DNA of 44,404 nucleotides from a virus (Duplodnaviria; Heunggongvirae; Uroviricota; Caudoviricetes): IMG/VR virus record IMGVR_UViG_2874951433_000009; one strand, 5' to 3'. Shown piece by piece: positions 9,369 to 19,334 of this stretch (position 1 is its first letter; each line of letters starts with the position of its first letter). The notes under the pieces were generated by a model. It saw only the letters and a program-made list of their open reading frames with translations, ran no database searches and was not told where the DNA came from. The position numbers and the translations under genes were made by a program.

Positions 9369-10447
9369 CAGAACGGGTCCTCCTGTACTCTGGCTTTTTT
9401 CTTTTTCCGCGCGCCGGGGGCTTCGGGTTCAGGCAGATAAGCATCAGGCGGGCCGACACGGATTTCCGTCAGGGTGCCGTTCTGGTCCTGAGTAAACGTG
9501 ACTTCCGAAACAAGCAGTTCGGTATTGTCGAAACCACAGACCGGATCAAAGACAATCACCCGCTGGTTGGGCTGCCACAGCGTACCGTTACCCTGTCGCC
9601 AGCCCTGCACCACATAGGTGGTTTCATCCGTCCGCGCCGCCCGTTGCCGGGCTTCAAAGTCAGCACGCGCAATACAGCCTGCCCCCGTAGCCTGCCCTGT
9701 CTGCCTGATATACATCGGACGGTAACGGTCAATAAATGCGTCCTCTGTGCGGGCCCGCAGCGCGGTGGTGGTGGCCTCACCGAAATCATCGTCGTTTCCG
9801 GCACGCTGCCCCGCCACCTGGTAAACAGAAAATCGCTCCCGGATACTCTTCTCCGTATCGCAGGAAAGGATGTTTTCCCCGAGTACCAGCGCAGTATGTG
9901 CCCGCGTTGAGCCAATACCGCCAATCACCAGCCTGCCGTGCGGGTCGTCGTAAGCCAGTGCCTGCTGCTGACCGAGTATTTTGTTGATTACCTCAATCAC
10001 CGTTTCACCGTGATCAGGCTGAACATCAGGAATAACACCCGACGGCGCACCGCTGTTCACCACCTCAATGCCGAAAGGCGCAGCAAGCGCCTGCGCAATC
10101 TGTACCAGCGATCGTCCGTTAAACTGTGTCGGTTCGGCTGCACAGTCAATCAGGTCAGCGGTCAGACTGCGTCCGGCAATACCGGTGCTGACCGAACGGG
10201 CATCGTAACGAACGGGCGTCGCCTCCACCCAGCCGGTGATCACCAGCTCATCACCAATCAGCACCTCCACTTTTGAACCGTTTTTAATGCGCGGCTGAAG
10301 CGTGGTAATACCCTCATCTCCCGGCCACTGGCGGGTGATCTCCACACTGAAATCCCGCGCCAGCCGTTCAATACCGACACCGATGCGCACCGATGTCCAG
10401 CCATTCCACTCCCGGCCATTTACCCGTAGCGTGACATTGTCGTTCAT
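9368..10447 (-). CDS. Mu P-like tail/baseplate hub protein, 359 aa
   Basis: Size and position directly downstream of the Mu N-like gene. Confidence 0.65.
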   Translation of the reverse strand: MNDNVTLRVNGREWNGWTSVRIGVGIERLARDFSVEITRQWPGDEGITTLQPRIKNGSKVEVLIGDELVITGWVEATPVRYDARSVSTGIAGRSLTADLIDCAAEPTQFNGRSLVQIAQALAAPFGIEVVNSGAPSGVIPDVQPDHGETVIEVINKILGQQQALAYDDPHGRLVIGGIGSTRAHTALVLGENILSCDTEKSIRERFSVYQVAGQRAGNDDDFGEATTTALRARTEDAFIDRYRPMYIRQTGQATGAGCIARADFEARQRAARTDETTYVVQGWRQGNGTLWQPNQRVIVFDPVCGFDNTELLVSEVTFTQDQNGTLTEIRVGPPDAYLPEPEAPGARKKKKARVQEDPF

Positions 10448-11814
10448 TGCACTGGCACCTTCAGAGGGATCACCGGCACAAAGCCGGGATGCGTAATGGC
10501 ATTACGCCGGATAATGTCCGCGTCACGCGCCGCGTTATCAAACCAGGTCGCCGCCAGCACCAGCGCGGGTAAAACCTCATCCGGTGTGCGCTGAATGATC
10601 CGTGCAGACTGTTCAAGGCGCGTGTTGATATCCGCATTCAGATCTGCTTTCACCCGGCGCAGCGCCAGAAACAGCGCATCGCTGGTTGTACGGGACAACT
10701 CCTTATCAATTGCCGTATTCAGTGTGTCGCGAATGTCAGTCAGTTCTTCCCACGTCGGCAGGTCAACCGTGTTTTTCACCGCCGGTGCATTGTTCAGTGC
10801 CGGATGCGTGACGGAAGGCCAGCCAGTGCTCTGCGCGGGTGTTGTTGCCTGCCCCACTGCGGCATTCTGCATCACCGCGGAAGTTGTTGGCGCAGGCAAT
10901 CGGGTGACGGCATACGCCGCTTCGCTGATTGCGGTCGTACGAAGGGTGCTGGCAACCATGTTACGCTGCTGCGTCGCCGTGGCGGTGGTTTTACTGTCCG
11001 TTTTCCAGACGCCGCGCGGTTGCAGATCGCTGCCGAGGCTGACACCGGAAAGCGTTTTGATCATGGTGACCAGGTCGCTGGCGTTACCATAAAGGCGTTT
11101 CCCGGTACGCCACATTTTCTGCACCTGCTCAACGAAATTTTTGCCTGACGATGGCGGCGGCAGAAGTACCGAGATATCCCCCTGCAACAGCCTGGCGGCA
11201 TCCGATACGGCAGAATCCACCACTTTCATCGCATCAGAAACATACCCAAGCATTGTGCTGGCATTACCGACGACGTCGTTCTGCACAAAATCTGCCACGC
11301 CATCGATACTGAAACCACTGAAGCTATCACTGATGCAGTCATCCAGTGCAGAACAGGATGACATCAGCGTCTGCGCCGTCGCCGCACCTGAAGTGGGGTA
11401 AGAGAGTTCTCCCGCTTCGACAAACTTCAGGTCAAAGCGGACAATACGCCCTTCACTCTTCGATGTGCTGACCCGAACTTCCCCGTCAACACAGACTTTC
11501 AGCTCACCATAAGTCGGATGGACAAGCGTGCCAGGACCGGGTTTATTCAGCGCGTCAATCAGGCGATCGCGCTGGTCAAAGCAGTCATCTCCCACCACAT
11601 AAGCTGTGATGGACGGGCGAAAAGTGATTTTCCCCAGGTCTTCGGTATAGGGTTTGTCGCGGTTCGGGTATTCGTGCGTTTCCACACGGCGACCGGTTCC
11701 CGCACTTTCTTCTTCAACCTTAAACGGCACACCGCGAAATGACGCGTCCTGAAGTCTGTCTTTCCACGTCATATAAACTCCGTACATAAAAAATCCCACC
11801 GGAGTGGGACTCAT
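10444..11814 (-). CDS. Mu N-like DNA circularisation protein, 456 aa
   Basis: N-terminal motif WKDRLQDASFRGVPFKVEEESAGTGRRVETHEYPNRDKPYTEDLG characteristic of the Mu N family; follows the tape measure gene. Confidence 0.75.
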   Translation of the reverse strand: MSPTPVGFFMYGVYMTWKDRLQDASFRGVPFKVEEESAGTGRRVETHEYPNRDKPYTEDLGKITFRPSITAYVVGDDCFDQRDRLIDALNKPGPGTLVHPTYGELKVCVDGEVRVSTSKSEGRIVRFDLKFVEAGELSYPTSGAATAQTLMSSCSALDDCISDSFSGFSIDGVADFVQNDVVGNASTMLGYVSDAMKVVDSAVSDAARLLQGDISVLLPPPSSGKNFVEQVQKMWRTGKRLYGNASDLVTMIKTLSGVSLGSDLQPRGVWKTDSKTTATATQQRNMVASTLRTTAISEAAYAVTRLPAPTTSAVMQNAAVGQATTPAQSTGWPSVTHPALNNAPAVKNTVDLPTWEELTDIRDTLNTAIDKELSRTTSDALFLALRRVKADLNADINTRLEQSARIIQRTPDEVLPALVLAATWFDNAARDADIIRRNAITHPGFVPVIPLKVPVQ

Positions 11815-11832
11815 TAACAGATTAATTTTTCA

Positions 11833-13668
11833 TTACCTGCCAAAGCGCGTATAGCCAACATCATGGCTGACATCAAAACCGCTGGATCGCGTTTCCATAA
11901 CCCGCATACCCAGAGGCGAATTCACAAAAGAGACCTTGATCTCACCATCAACTTTTGGCGCAGAAGCTTTGTTAATCATGAAGGGATTCGGGCCTGTGGC
12001 ATCGGAGGCGTTGTTTGACTGAGCCGGATCTACCGCCTGATAAGGTGTGTATCCCCGTGCCGGTATTCCCGTCCCATAAGCATCATAAGCACCCGCGCCC
12101 CACTGCGCCGAGTTAATGGCATCGACCGTGTCACCGGAACTATCGGTAAACCATTCAATAATCGGCTTCAGCTTATCCCACATATCCTGAAACCACTTAA
12201 CAACCGGTCCCCAGTTATTGATCACCATCCCCAGCGGCGACCAGGCAAAAACCTTCTTCAGAAGTTCCCAGCCAGCCTCAAAATAAGGACTAATGGTTTC
12301 CCAGAGTTTCTTAAAATAAGGTCCGACAACATCCCAGTTAGTGATAATTAATCCCGCAGCCAGGGCAATCGCCGTCGCAATCATGCCAATCGGCGTCATC
12401 GACATGATCCTGCTGACGATACTGATGGCACTGCCCACGCCCATCAATCCCAGTTTCAGAATCGCAAGACCGGCAGCAAGCCCGACGACACCGCGAATAA
12501 CCCGGGGATTTTCATCCGCAAACTTCGTGAATTTTTCCCCTAACTCCCCCAGCCATTGCGTGATATTTTTGGCGTCACCAGAAAATGCGCCGCCAATAGC
12601 CGCAAGGCCGTTAGTTGCGGTCCCCGTCATTGCCTCCCACAGGTTGGACAGCGTACCAAGCTGGGCCTGAACACGTTTATTCAGACTGGCCTGTTTATTC
12701 ATCTTCTGCTGGATCTGATCGTAACCATCCTTTCCTTTATCGATCAGAGCATTTACCACCTGAAGGGTTTCGGCATCATCACCAAATATTGCCTTAAGTA
12801 CACCTGTTCGCTTAACGTCGGTCAGTTTTCGCAGCTTTGCCAGTTGTTTAAACATGTTATCAAGACCGCCAAAACTCCCTTTGCCGTCAGTAAAATCGAG
12901 CTGTACCCCGAGTTTCTGGCGGGCCATAACTTTATTGACGTCCCTGATTTTCTTAACGCTTAATCCGGACTGGATAACTTTTCGCAGGGCATTACCTGCC
13001 GACTCCCCGTTCATCCCCATCTGATCCATCATGACGCTGATGGGGGCAAGGCTCTGTGCAGCCTGAAGACCGTCCTTGTTCACCATCTTCAGAACAGAAC
13101 TGGTTTTAGTGAAGAAGGACAACATGTTGGTATCGTCAACGCCCAGATAAAACGCCTTCTGGATAGTGTCGAACAGCCCCATCATGTCTTCTGACGCCGT
13201 TCCGGTAGCATCCTGCATCTTTGCAGCAAACTCAGCAGCCGCTTCCGGTGTTTTTTTCAGTTGTACCGCAAGATAAGCTGTCGCTTTACCCACACCGCCA
13301 AGAATGTTTTCTGCCTGGATCCCCTGACGCACCAGCATCTGCATCATGTTCTGGAAATCAGCCGTTGTACCGGGTAGCTGGTTACCCAGGCCAATAGCCA
13401 GTTTATTGATGTCCTGAAAGCTCTTTCCAACCTCGCCGTTCGCATCCATCATGGCGACTTTCAGCCCGGTGGCGGCGTTTTCCTGATCGGCATAAGATTT
13501 CAGGGAAAGCGTCAGACCCGCAGCCAGTCCGCCACCAAGCGCCAGCCCACCCTGTGACGCTTCTTCCGCCTGGCGTTTAAATCCCCGGATTTTCTTTTGC
13601 ATTTTCGACAGCGCGGGAGAAAGCCTGTCGACACCGGTGATCAACGCCTTAAGCTCAAATTCAGCCAT
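11833..13668 (-). CDS. Tail tape measure protein, 611 aa
   Basis: Long alpha-helical protein with Gly/Ala-rich hydrophobic segment, located between tail chaperone and baseplate genes. Confidence 0.85.
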   Translation of the reverse strand: MAEFELKALITGVDRLSPALSKMQKKIRGFKRQAEEASQGGLALGGGLAAGLTLSLKSYADQENAATGLKVAMMDANGEVGKSFQDINKLAIGLGNQLPGTTADFQNMMQMLVRQGIQAENILGGVGKATAYLAVQLKKTPEAAAEFAAKMQDATGTASEDMMGLFDTIQKAFYLGVDDTNMLSFFTKTSSVLKMVNKDGLQAAQSLAPISVMMDQMGMNGESAGNALRKVIQSGLSVKKIRDVNKVMARQKLGVQLDFTDGKGSFGGLDNMFKQLAKLRKLTDVKRTGVLKAIFGDDAETLQVVNALIDKGKDGYDQIQQKMNKQASLNKRVQAQLGTLSNLWEAMTGTATNGLAAIGGAFSGDAKNITQWLGELGEKFTKFADENPRVIRGVVGLAAGLAILKLGLMGVGSAISIVSRIMSMTPIGMIATAIALAAGLIITNWDVVGPYFKKLWETISPYFEAGWELLKKVFAWSPLGMVINNWGPVVKWFQDMWDKLKPIIEWFTDSSGDTVDAINSAQWGAGAYDAYGTGIPARGYTPYQAVDPAQSNNASDATGPNPFMINKASAPKVDGEIKVSFVNSPLGMRVMETRSSGFDVSHDVGYTRFGR

Positions 13669-13843
13669 GTGTGCGTTTCTCCTGCTCTATCCTGTTTGCC
13701 TGACTGACCAGTAAGGGAATTTCACTGATCGGCATATTCAGCAATTCGAAAGGATTAATGCGCCAGTAGCTGGCGCAGTCAAAGAAGCGATCAGTGAGGT
13801 ATTCAGCCGTCAGGCCTGGAGGAAAAAACCAGCCACAAGCCAC
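13661..13843 (-). CDS. Probable frameshift extension of the tail assembly chaperone
   Basis: 60-codon ORF overlapping the 3' end of the chaperone gene by 34 nt in a different frame and ending next to the tape measure start. Confidence 0.5.
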   Translation of the reverse strand: MACGWFFPPGLTAEYLTDRFFDCASYWRINPFELLNMPISEIPLLVSQANRIEQEKRTHG

Positions 13844-14079
13844 GCCGCTGCATTCAGGTCTGCCGGAGACATCTGGTCGACAGAGCTTTGCGGCACTTTC
13901 GCCAGCCGCACAATGTATTTCGACACCACATGCGCCAGAAGTCTGACTGACTCATCCTGATTCATCTGGTAGGGATACCCCAGCTCGCGGACATCCTTCC
14001 CGGTGGGCTCATCAAACTCCAGTACGGAGAGTGTCTCGCCATGAGCAGTAATCGGTTTCTTTAACTCAAGCTCTTTCAT
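13810..14079 (-). CDS. Tail assembly chaperone (first of a pair of overlapping ORFs), 89 aa
   Basis: Small acidic protein between tail tube and tape measure; overlaps the ORF at 13661-13843 in another frame, the usual arrangement for a programmed-frameshift chaperone pair. Confidence 0.65.
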   Translation of the reverse strand: MKELELKKPITAHGETLSVLEFDEPTGKDVRELGYPYQMNQDESVRLLAHVVSKYIVRLAKVPQSSVDQMSPADLNAAAWLVAGFFLQA

Positions 14080-14435
14080 TACTGGTAATCCCCTTCTTCA
14101 CCGTGGAACTCAAGATCAACCGTGCCTTCTTCGGCATTATGGTTCGCTTCGCCGTGCAGCCAGGCAGACGACAGTACATAGACCTGACCGTTCGCCAACT
14201 CGGCAGTGATTGTCATCTCATCAGACGAGGTGATTTTGTTCACCGGAAAATTCTTCGGCACCTTGAAGGTCCCTTTGACATAAGGCGCACGGTGAGTTTC
14301 CTTGCGGTCCACTGAACCGTCCAGGCCGATGATGTCATCATTGACCGTCCTGTTCATGAGCACCTCAATGCCGCCGGTCAGCGATAGCTGCTGACCGTCA
14401 ATTTTGAAATAACAGGTTCCCCCGATACGGGCCAT
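14079..14435 (-). CDS. Contractile tail tube protein (Mu M-like), 118 aa
   Basis: Size and position immediately downstream of the sheath gene. Confidence 0.75.
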   Translation of the reverse strand: MARIGGTCYFKIDGQQLSLTGGIEVLMNRTVNDDIIGLDGSVDRKETHRAPYVKGTFKVPKNFPVNKITSSDEMTITAELANGQVYVLSSAWLHGEANHNAEEGTVDLEFHGEEGDYQ

Positions 14436-15931
14436 TATGCAGACTCCTCTGAATACTGAAGACGGAACTGATTAACCACGGCAAAGACACGCAGCTGGTT
14501 AACATAGTCAGGCGGGAACAGCGTGTTAAGGCGGTTCGGATCGCTGGCATCACGCTCCACAACCAGGTACTGCTTAAACAGTTCGTAGTTTTCCACGATC
14601 CCCGCACGCTCAAGCTGACGGTAGGTTGCCAGCAGTTCCCCTTTGATCACCGCCGGGGTGACAATCGCCTGACCGGGACCAAAGCGGGTACCGTCACTGG
14701 CAAGCTTGTGACGCCCGTACTTACTGGTAATGACGGATTTCAGTTTGCGCAGTACATACGCGCTGGTATGCAGCGTCTCACTGTCGAGGTAACTGTTATC
14801 CGCAACCCCGTAAGCATTTTTCCTGTACGTGGTGACATCACGCTGAATGCGCAGCACCCCGCTTTCGACATACGCCGTTGCCACGCCATGAGACAGCAGG
14901 GTCTGCTGCTCGGTCATCGTGAACCGTTTCCCCTTCGGCGCAGGCAGCATACCCACCAGCTCACCGGTCTGCGTGGGACGTGCCGGATCGTTGCGGATAA
15001 ACACCGCTGCGCGGGCGGTACGGCTTGCCGCCAGCTCGTCGGCAGGCGTCTGGGTCTCTTTTTCGTACCCCGCCAGGGTGATGTGCTGCTGGTTAAACTG
15101 GTCACCTGCGTTCACCAGTTCTGACAGTGTGCCGGTCTTTGCCGTATACACATGACCATACAGCTGACGCGCATAGCTCCAGCGACCGCTGGTATCGTTC
15201 ATCTCGGTCACCAGCGTGTTAACGGAGGCCGTGTCGTTGAACGGCAGACCGATATAATCAAACGGCTCATCCGCCATTGCAGCCACCGCGCCGGTGAGAA
15301 CCGGAGCGCCCGTTCCGGCGGTCCCCGTCGCCACGGCAATCTGTACGCCCGCTGGCAGCACTTCGCCCCCACCGAAGCCGTAGTAATTGAGGCTGACAGG
15401 AATTTCATTCCCGCAAAGCCCCTTATGACGCGCGGTCAGCGTGACAACACCAGCCGAAGATGAAGCTGTAAACGGCAGAGTCGGAACGGCATTGATGGCA
15501 TCTTTGATACTGCTGGCAATCGTCGTGACGTTATCGCCGTTGGTCACCGGAGCCTGCACGCGGGTACGTCCCACATAGACATTCACCGTGCCGCTTTCGG
15601 TTGCTTCCCCGGTCACCGTCAGCGTAACCGTTGCCGCCGCGCCTGTGGCTTCCGGAACGGCAATCACATACAGCTCACCAAACGGGTCGGTCTGGCGATA
15701 AGCCTCGACCATACGCGCCAGCTGACTTCCCGCACCACAAATCTGGCGTGCATAGTCTGCCGACGGCATCAGCACCAGACTGTTGGCAACAATCTCTGCA
15801 CCGTTATTGGCATGACCAATCAGCAGCGATGCTCCGCTGTCCTGTGCAGTATTCGCAGCCTGGTTATCCATTTCCGCATAAAACAGCGGAACCAGCGTAT
15901 TCGACGGAATGGTGTTAAAGCTTATCGTCAT
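14435..15931 (-). CDS. Contractile tail sheath protein (Mu L-like), 498 aa
   Basis: Size and sequence character of myovirus sheath proteins; followed by tube and chaperone genes. Confidence 0.85.
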   Translation of the reverse strand: MTISFNTIPSNTLVPLFYAEMDNQAANTAQDSGASLLIGHANNGAEIVANSLVLMPSADYARQICGAGSQLARMVEAYRQTDPFGELYVIAVPEATGAAATVTLTVTGEATESGTVNVYVGRTRVQAPVTNGDNVTTIASSIKDAINAVPTLPFTASSSAGVVTLTARHKGLCGNEIPVSLNYYGFGGGEVLPAGVQIAVATGTAGTGAPVLTGAVAAMADEPFDYIGLPFNDTASVNTLVTEMNDTSGRWSYARQLYGHVYTAKTGTLSELVNAGDQFNQQHITLAGYEKETQTPADELAASRTARAAVFIRNDPARPTQTGELVGMLPAPKGKRFTMTEQQTLLSHGVATAYVESGVLRIQRDVTTYRKNAYGVADNSYLDSETLHTSAYVLRKLKSVITSKYGRHKLASDGTRFGPGQAIVTPAVIKGELLATYRQLERAGIVENYELFKQYLVVERDASDPNRLNTLFPPDYVNQLRVFAVVNQFRLQYSEESA

Positions 15932-16093
15932 CGGTGTTCACCTTTTTATTCACGCGCCGGATATCACCCGCTGCTTCACGGCGCAGCCAGTAGTTGTTCT
16001 CATCAACATTTCGCCCTTCGGCGGGCAAAAGGTCGCCGCGGGCAGGGTCAGGCACTGACCGCCCTTTAACAGGTTTGACAAACATGAGGATCC

Positions 16094-16654
16094 TCAGGAA
16101 GGAAGGGTTATTTCGGTGTGATGTTCTATATCGCCGTCAGGCCCGTTACCGGGCTCGAGATAATCAACATCAATCGCCAGCGTTTGCAGTTCATCCAGAC
16201 TGTTCAGATCATCCTGCTGGCGGGTATCGTCTTCAGTCAGCTCGCTGATGACCGAAAAATCGAACTGATAAATCAGCTCATGACGATTCAGATCCAGCAG
16301 CGTGCCGCCGTCATAGGTAATCGGGTTACCGCACGCCTCCGGGTTCCAGCCCAGCAGAGCCTTAAAGAGCATCTGCCGGACATCGTCCACCACATCATAC
16401 GAGGCAAACTGACCGCGCTCATCACGCCCGTTACTCAGTATGACAACCACGGAGAAACCCTCTTTCAGCTCCTGCCAGTAGTCGGTCTGGCTTTTGTTTT
16501 CTCCCGGAGAATCATCACCCGGTACAACATATGCCGCCGGGAGTTTCAGCTTTCCGACCTCCGGCAGATTTTTGAACTGGGCCGCGCCTGCAACCCGGTT
16601 TTCAAAATACGGACAGCGGGCACGCAGTGCAGCAATAACAGGCGTCAGTTTCAT
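16094..16654 (-). CDS. Virion protein of the head-tail joining or tail completion module, 186 aa, function unassigned
   Basis: Position between the HK97 gp10-like gene and the sheath gene. Confidence 0.5.
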   Translation of the reverse strand: MKLTPVIAALRARCPYFENRVAGAAQFKNLPEVGKLKLPAAYVVPGDDSPGENKSQTDYWQELKEGFSVVVILSNGRDERGQFASYDVVDDVRQMLFKALLGWNPEACGNPITYDGGTLLDLNRHELIYQFDFSVISELTEDDTRQQDDLNSLDELQTLAIDVDYLEPGNGPDGDIEHHTEITLPS

Positions 16655-17157
16655 CTGTGTCGTCGCTCCGGCTTCAGTGATTTACGCAATTCCCGCGCCA
16701 GAAAATAGCGTGTCCAGCTGCGGTTCTTTTCAAGCGTTTCCACCATGAAGTTATTACGTGGAGCCAGTCGCCAGCCGCTGCCACCGGATGCACCACGATG
16801 ATGGCTGCGACGACGCTTTGCCCCTCGCCTCACGCCATAGAACAAAAAAGCCGGATAAAAATCACCGGTGATACGGCGGTTTCCCTCTCCATTACGCTGG
16901 TTAGGGGCTATACGTGCCATAAAACCAGGGCGATGTTTACTGGCTCTGGGTACCATGTAACCAATCGAACGAGCCAGGCGTCCGGTCTGATAACCGGGGT
17001 TTTCACCCGGTGCCGACCGCGCACGGCGCATCACCAGCCGACGGGCATCACGCATATGACGCTGACCAATCGTGACAAACGCCCGCCGGACACGGGCGCG
17101 GTTAAAGCGCATCTCCGCGGGCTGCTGAAAATCAACGTGCAAAAAGGAAGTCGCCAT
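16651..17157 (-). CDS. HK97 gp10-family protein, 168 aa
   Basis: Arg-rich sequence ...MRDARRLVMRRARSAPGENPGYQTGRLARSIGY... typical of the HK97 gp10 family. Confidence 0.7.
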   Translation of the reverse strand: MATSFLHVDFQQPAEMRFNRARVRRAFVTIGQRHMRDARRLVMRRARSAPGENPGYQTGRLARSIGYMVPRASKHRPGFMARIAPNQRNGEGNRRITGDFYPAFLFYGVRRGAKRRRSHHRGASGGSGWRLAPRNNFMVETLEKNRSWTRYFLARELRKSLKPERRHR

Positions 17158-17542
17158 TGCTGCCTCCGTGACTCTGCGTAAATTCGCCCAGCTCCGTACA
17201 CTCCAGCAGCAGAAAGCGCCGCGCCCCGTTCAGATCGCGCTGACGTTTCACCCGGTACACACTGTCACCGCAGACCACCTCATAATCAGCGGTGATCCCC
17301 CTGCGGTAACGAATGGTGATGTAATGGGTGATGGCGTCCCCGGTCTGCGCGGTTTCCTGCCAGGTGGTGGCACTGGTCTGGATAACCTTCGCCCATGTCC
17401 GGAACGTAACCGGATATTGAGGCTCCACGCCAAAGTTATCCGCGGGCATATCCACCCGCTGGCGGATCAGGACGCGTTTATTCAGTTCGCCGGGGTCCGG
17501 CAGAATGTAGGTTGCGCTGGTCTGCGCCTGACGAATTTTCAT
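17132..17542 (-). CDS. Head-tail adaptor / head closure protein, 136 aa
   Basis: Size and position after the gp6-like connector gene. Confidence 0.6.
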   Translation of the reverse strand: MKIRQAQTSATYILPDPGELNKRVLIRQRVDMPADNFGVEPQYPVTFRTWAKVIQTSATTWQETAQTGDAITHYITIRYRRGITADYEVVCGDSVYRVKRQRDLNGARRFLLLECTELGEFTQSHGGSNGDFLFAR

Positions 17543-17862
17543 TGCGGAAAGTACCTGTACGGGCCAACAAGCCAGCCAAAACTCTGCGGCATGTCGAGTT
17601 TCTCCACTTCCGTAACCGACGAGCGGTTTTCGTAAAAATGGCTGATAAGCATCAGCATCCCCAGACGAATATCATCCGGCAGGTGTAGCCCGTCCGGGTC
17701 GCTGTCCGGAATGGTTTCATCCGGTGCATAGAGCTTCCGGTTCAGATACGTTTCCGTCCGCTTTTGCGCCGCACAGGCCAGCAGTTGCAGATGGCGGTCA
17801 TCAACATCGAAATCCTCATCCAGCCGGAGTTGGGCTTTAATCTCTTCCATTGTCAGAAGCAT
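17539..17862 (-). CDS. gp6-like head-tail connector protein, 107 aa
   Basis: MLLTMEEIKAQLRLDEDFDVDD... acidic N-terminus typical of the phage gp6-like connector family. Confidence 0.65.
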   Translation of the reverse strand: MLLTMEEIKAQLRLDEDFDVDDRHLQLLACAAQKRTETYLNRKLYAPDETIPDSDPDGLHLPDDIRLGMLMLISHFYENRSSVTEVEKLDMPQSFGWLVGPYRYFPQ

Positions 17863-17864
17863 AC

Positions 17865-18065
17865 TCAGCCCTCTTTACTGGTCGTGGCTTTTTTCTCTTT
17901 TGCCGCTTTACTGCTTTTTGCACTGATTCCGCGCTCTGCTAACCCGGCCTGAAGTGCAATCTCCTGCACCCGGGCAGGAAGCGCCCCGTCGTCATACTCA
18001 CCGGCCCGAATGACCTCAACACGCATACCGTCCGGTGACCATTTCAGATCTTGTTTCAGGATCAT
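17865..18065 (-). CDS. Small head-associated protein, 66 aa
   Basis: Short ORF immediately downstream of the major capsid gene. Confidence 0.4.
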   Translation of the reverse strand: MILKQDLKWSPDGMRVEVIRAGEYDDGALPARVQEIALQAGLAERGISAKSSKAAKEKKATTSKEG

Positions 18066-18114
18066 GATTCTTCACCCGTCAGAACAGGGGGCGCGGTTCC
18101 GCGCCCCTGAATGA

Positions 18115-19320
18115 TTACGCCGCTGCAATCTTCAGCAGTTTGATGGCCTGCGAATCGACCAGCATCCCGCCGGTGCGCTTGGTGGTATAAAAACCGACAA
18201 ACGGTTTATTGGTGTACGGATCACGCAGAATGCGGGTGCCGATACGGTCAACGATGGTGTAACCCCGTTTGAAGTTACCAAATGCAATGGCTTTCGCATC
18301 AGCGGCGATATCCGGCATCTGTTCGTTTTCAGCGATACCGTAACCCGCCAGAGAGGACGGCTGCCCCAGTTCCAGCCCCGGACGCCACAGATAGTTACCC
18401 TCGGTGTCTTTCAGCAGACGGATGGCAAACAGGCTGTTGTTGTTCATCATGAACTTCGCGCCAGTGCGGTGTGCCTTTCGCAGCGTGTAAATCAGTTTGA
18501 TAATGGCGTCTGCGGTCACCGCAGTCGCGTCGCCGGATACAATATGCTGAAGTTTGCCGAACGCCCGGACCTTGTCGGTTTCATCCGTGGATTCATACGC
18601 CAGGAACCCTTTCGGCTTCTTGGTACCATCGCCGGTGGTAAAGGCTATTTCTTCCTGTTCGGCAAATTCGGTTGCCAGCTCGCTGTTGATCCAGGCCTCC
18701 ACGTTGAAAAAGGCATCATCCAGCATTTTCTGGGTGGCCTGCGGGTTACCGTAGATTTCCCCCATGAAAGGTTCAATCAGCCCCAGTTTTGAGGTGGCAG
18801 TCTGGGAACGCGCGTCAGTCTCGCCAACCCATCCGGAAGCCGTGCCGCCCAGATTCACCAGTTTTTTGTAGTCGGAACCGCCAACGGTGATCACCGTGGC
18901 TTCCTGGCGCATCACCACTTCATCTTTCAGCAGGGTCAGAATGTTGCGATCCAGCGCTTCCGGCACGGCGTAGCCACCGTCTTCATCGGTGCCCACCTGT
19001 AATGCCTTGCGCTCCAGATCGCGCAGACCATCTTCACGGCCTTTACGCAGGAAGCCCACAAACGCTTCTTTATGCTCGGTGGCCAGTTTATTTTGCGCAC
19101 CACCTGCCGGACGTTTCAGCTCAAGCAGCTCTTTTTCAAGATCGCTTTTGAGGTTTTCCAGCTCGCTGAGTTTCCCGTTCAGGGTTTCCACCTGCCCGGC
19201 AAGTTTGCCTTTTTCCTGCTCAATCGCATCCACGCGCTTGTCGTTCTTTGCTTTGAAGTCGTCAAACTTCTGCTGCAGCTCCTGCGCGACCTGTTCGACA
19301 TCTTTAATATCAACCGCCAT
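18115..19320 (-). CDS. Major capsid protein, HK97 family, 401 aa
   Basis: Coiled-coil N-terminal delta-like region followed by an HK97-fold body; follows the prohead protease gene. Confidence 0.85.
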   Translation of the reverse strand: MAVDIKDVEQVAQELQQKFDDFKAKNDKRVDAIEQEKGKLAGQVETLNGKLSELENLKSDLEKELLELKRPAGGAQNKLATEHKEAFVGFLRKGREDGLRDLERKALQVGTDEDGGYAVPEALDRNILTLLKDEVVMRQEATVITVGGSDYKKLVNLGGTASGWVGETDARSQTATSKLGLIEPFMGEIYGNPQATQKMLDDAFFNVEAWINSELATEFAEQEEIAFTTGDGTKKPKGFLAYESTDETDKVRAFGKLQHIVSGDATAVTADAIIKLIYTLRKAHRTGAKFMMNNNSLFAIRLLKDTEGNYLWRPGLELGQPSSLAGYGIAENEQMPDIAADAKAIAFGNFKRGYTIVDRIGTRILRDPYTNKPFVGFYTTKRTGGMLVDSQAIKLLKIAAA

Positions 19321-19334
19321 CGTATTTCTCCTGA

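Noticed and set aside
15932-16093. Possible small (about 55-codon) minus-strand gene in the gap upstream of the sheath gene
   Set aside because: Found only by manual reverse-complement translation, below the ORF-track threshold, weak RBS; too uncertain to list as a feature.
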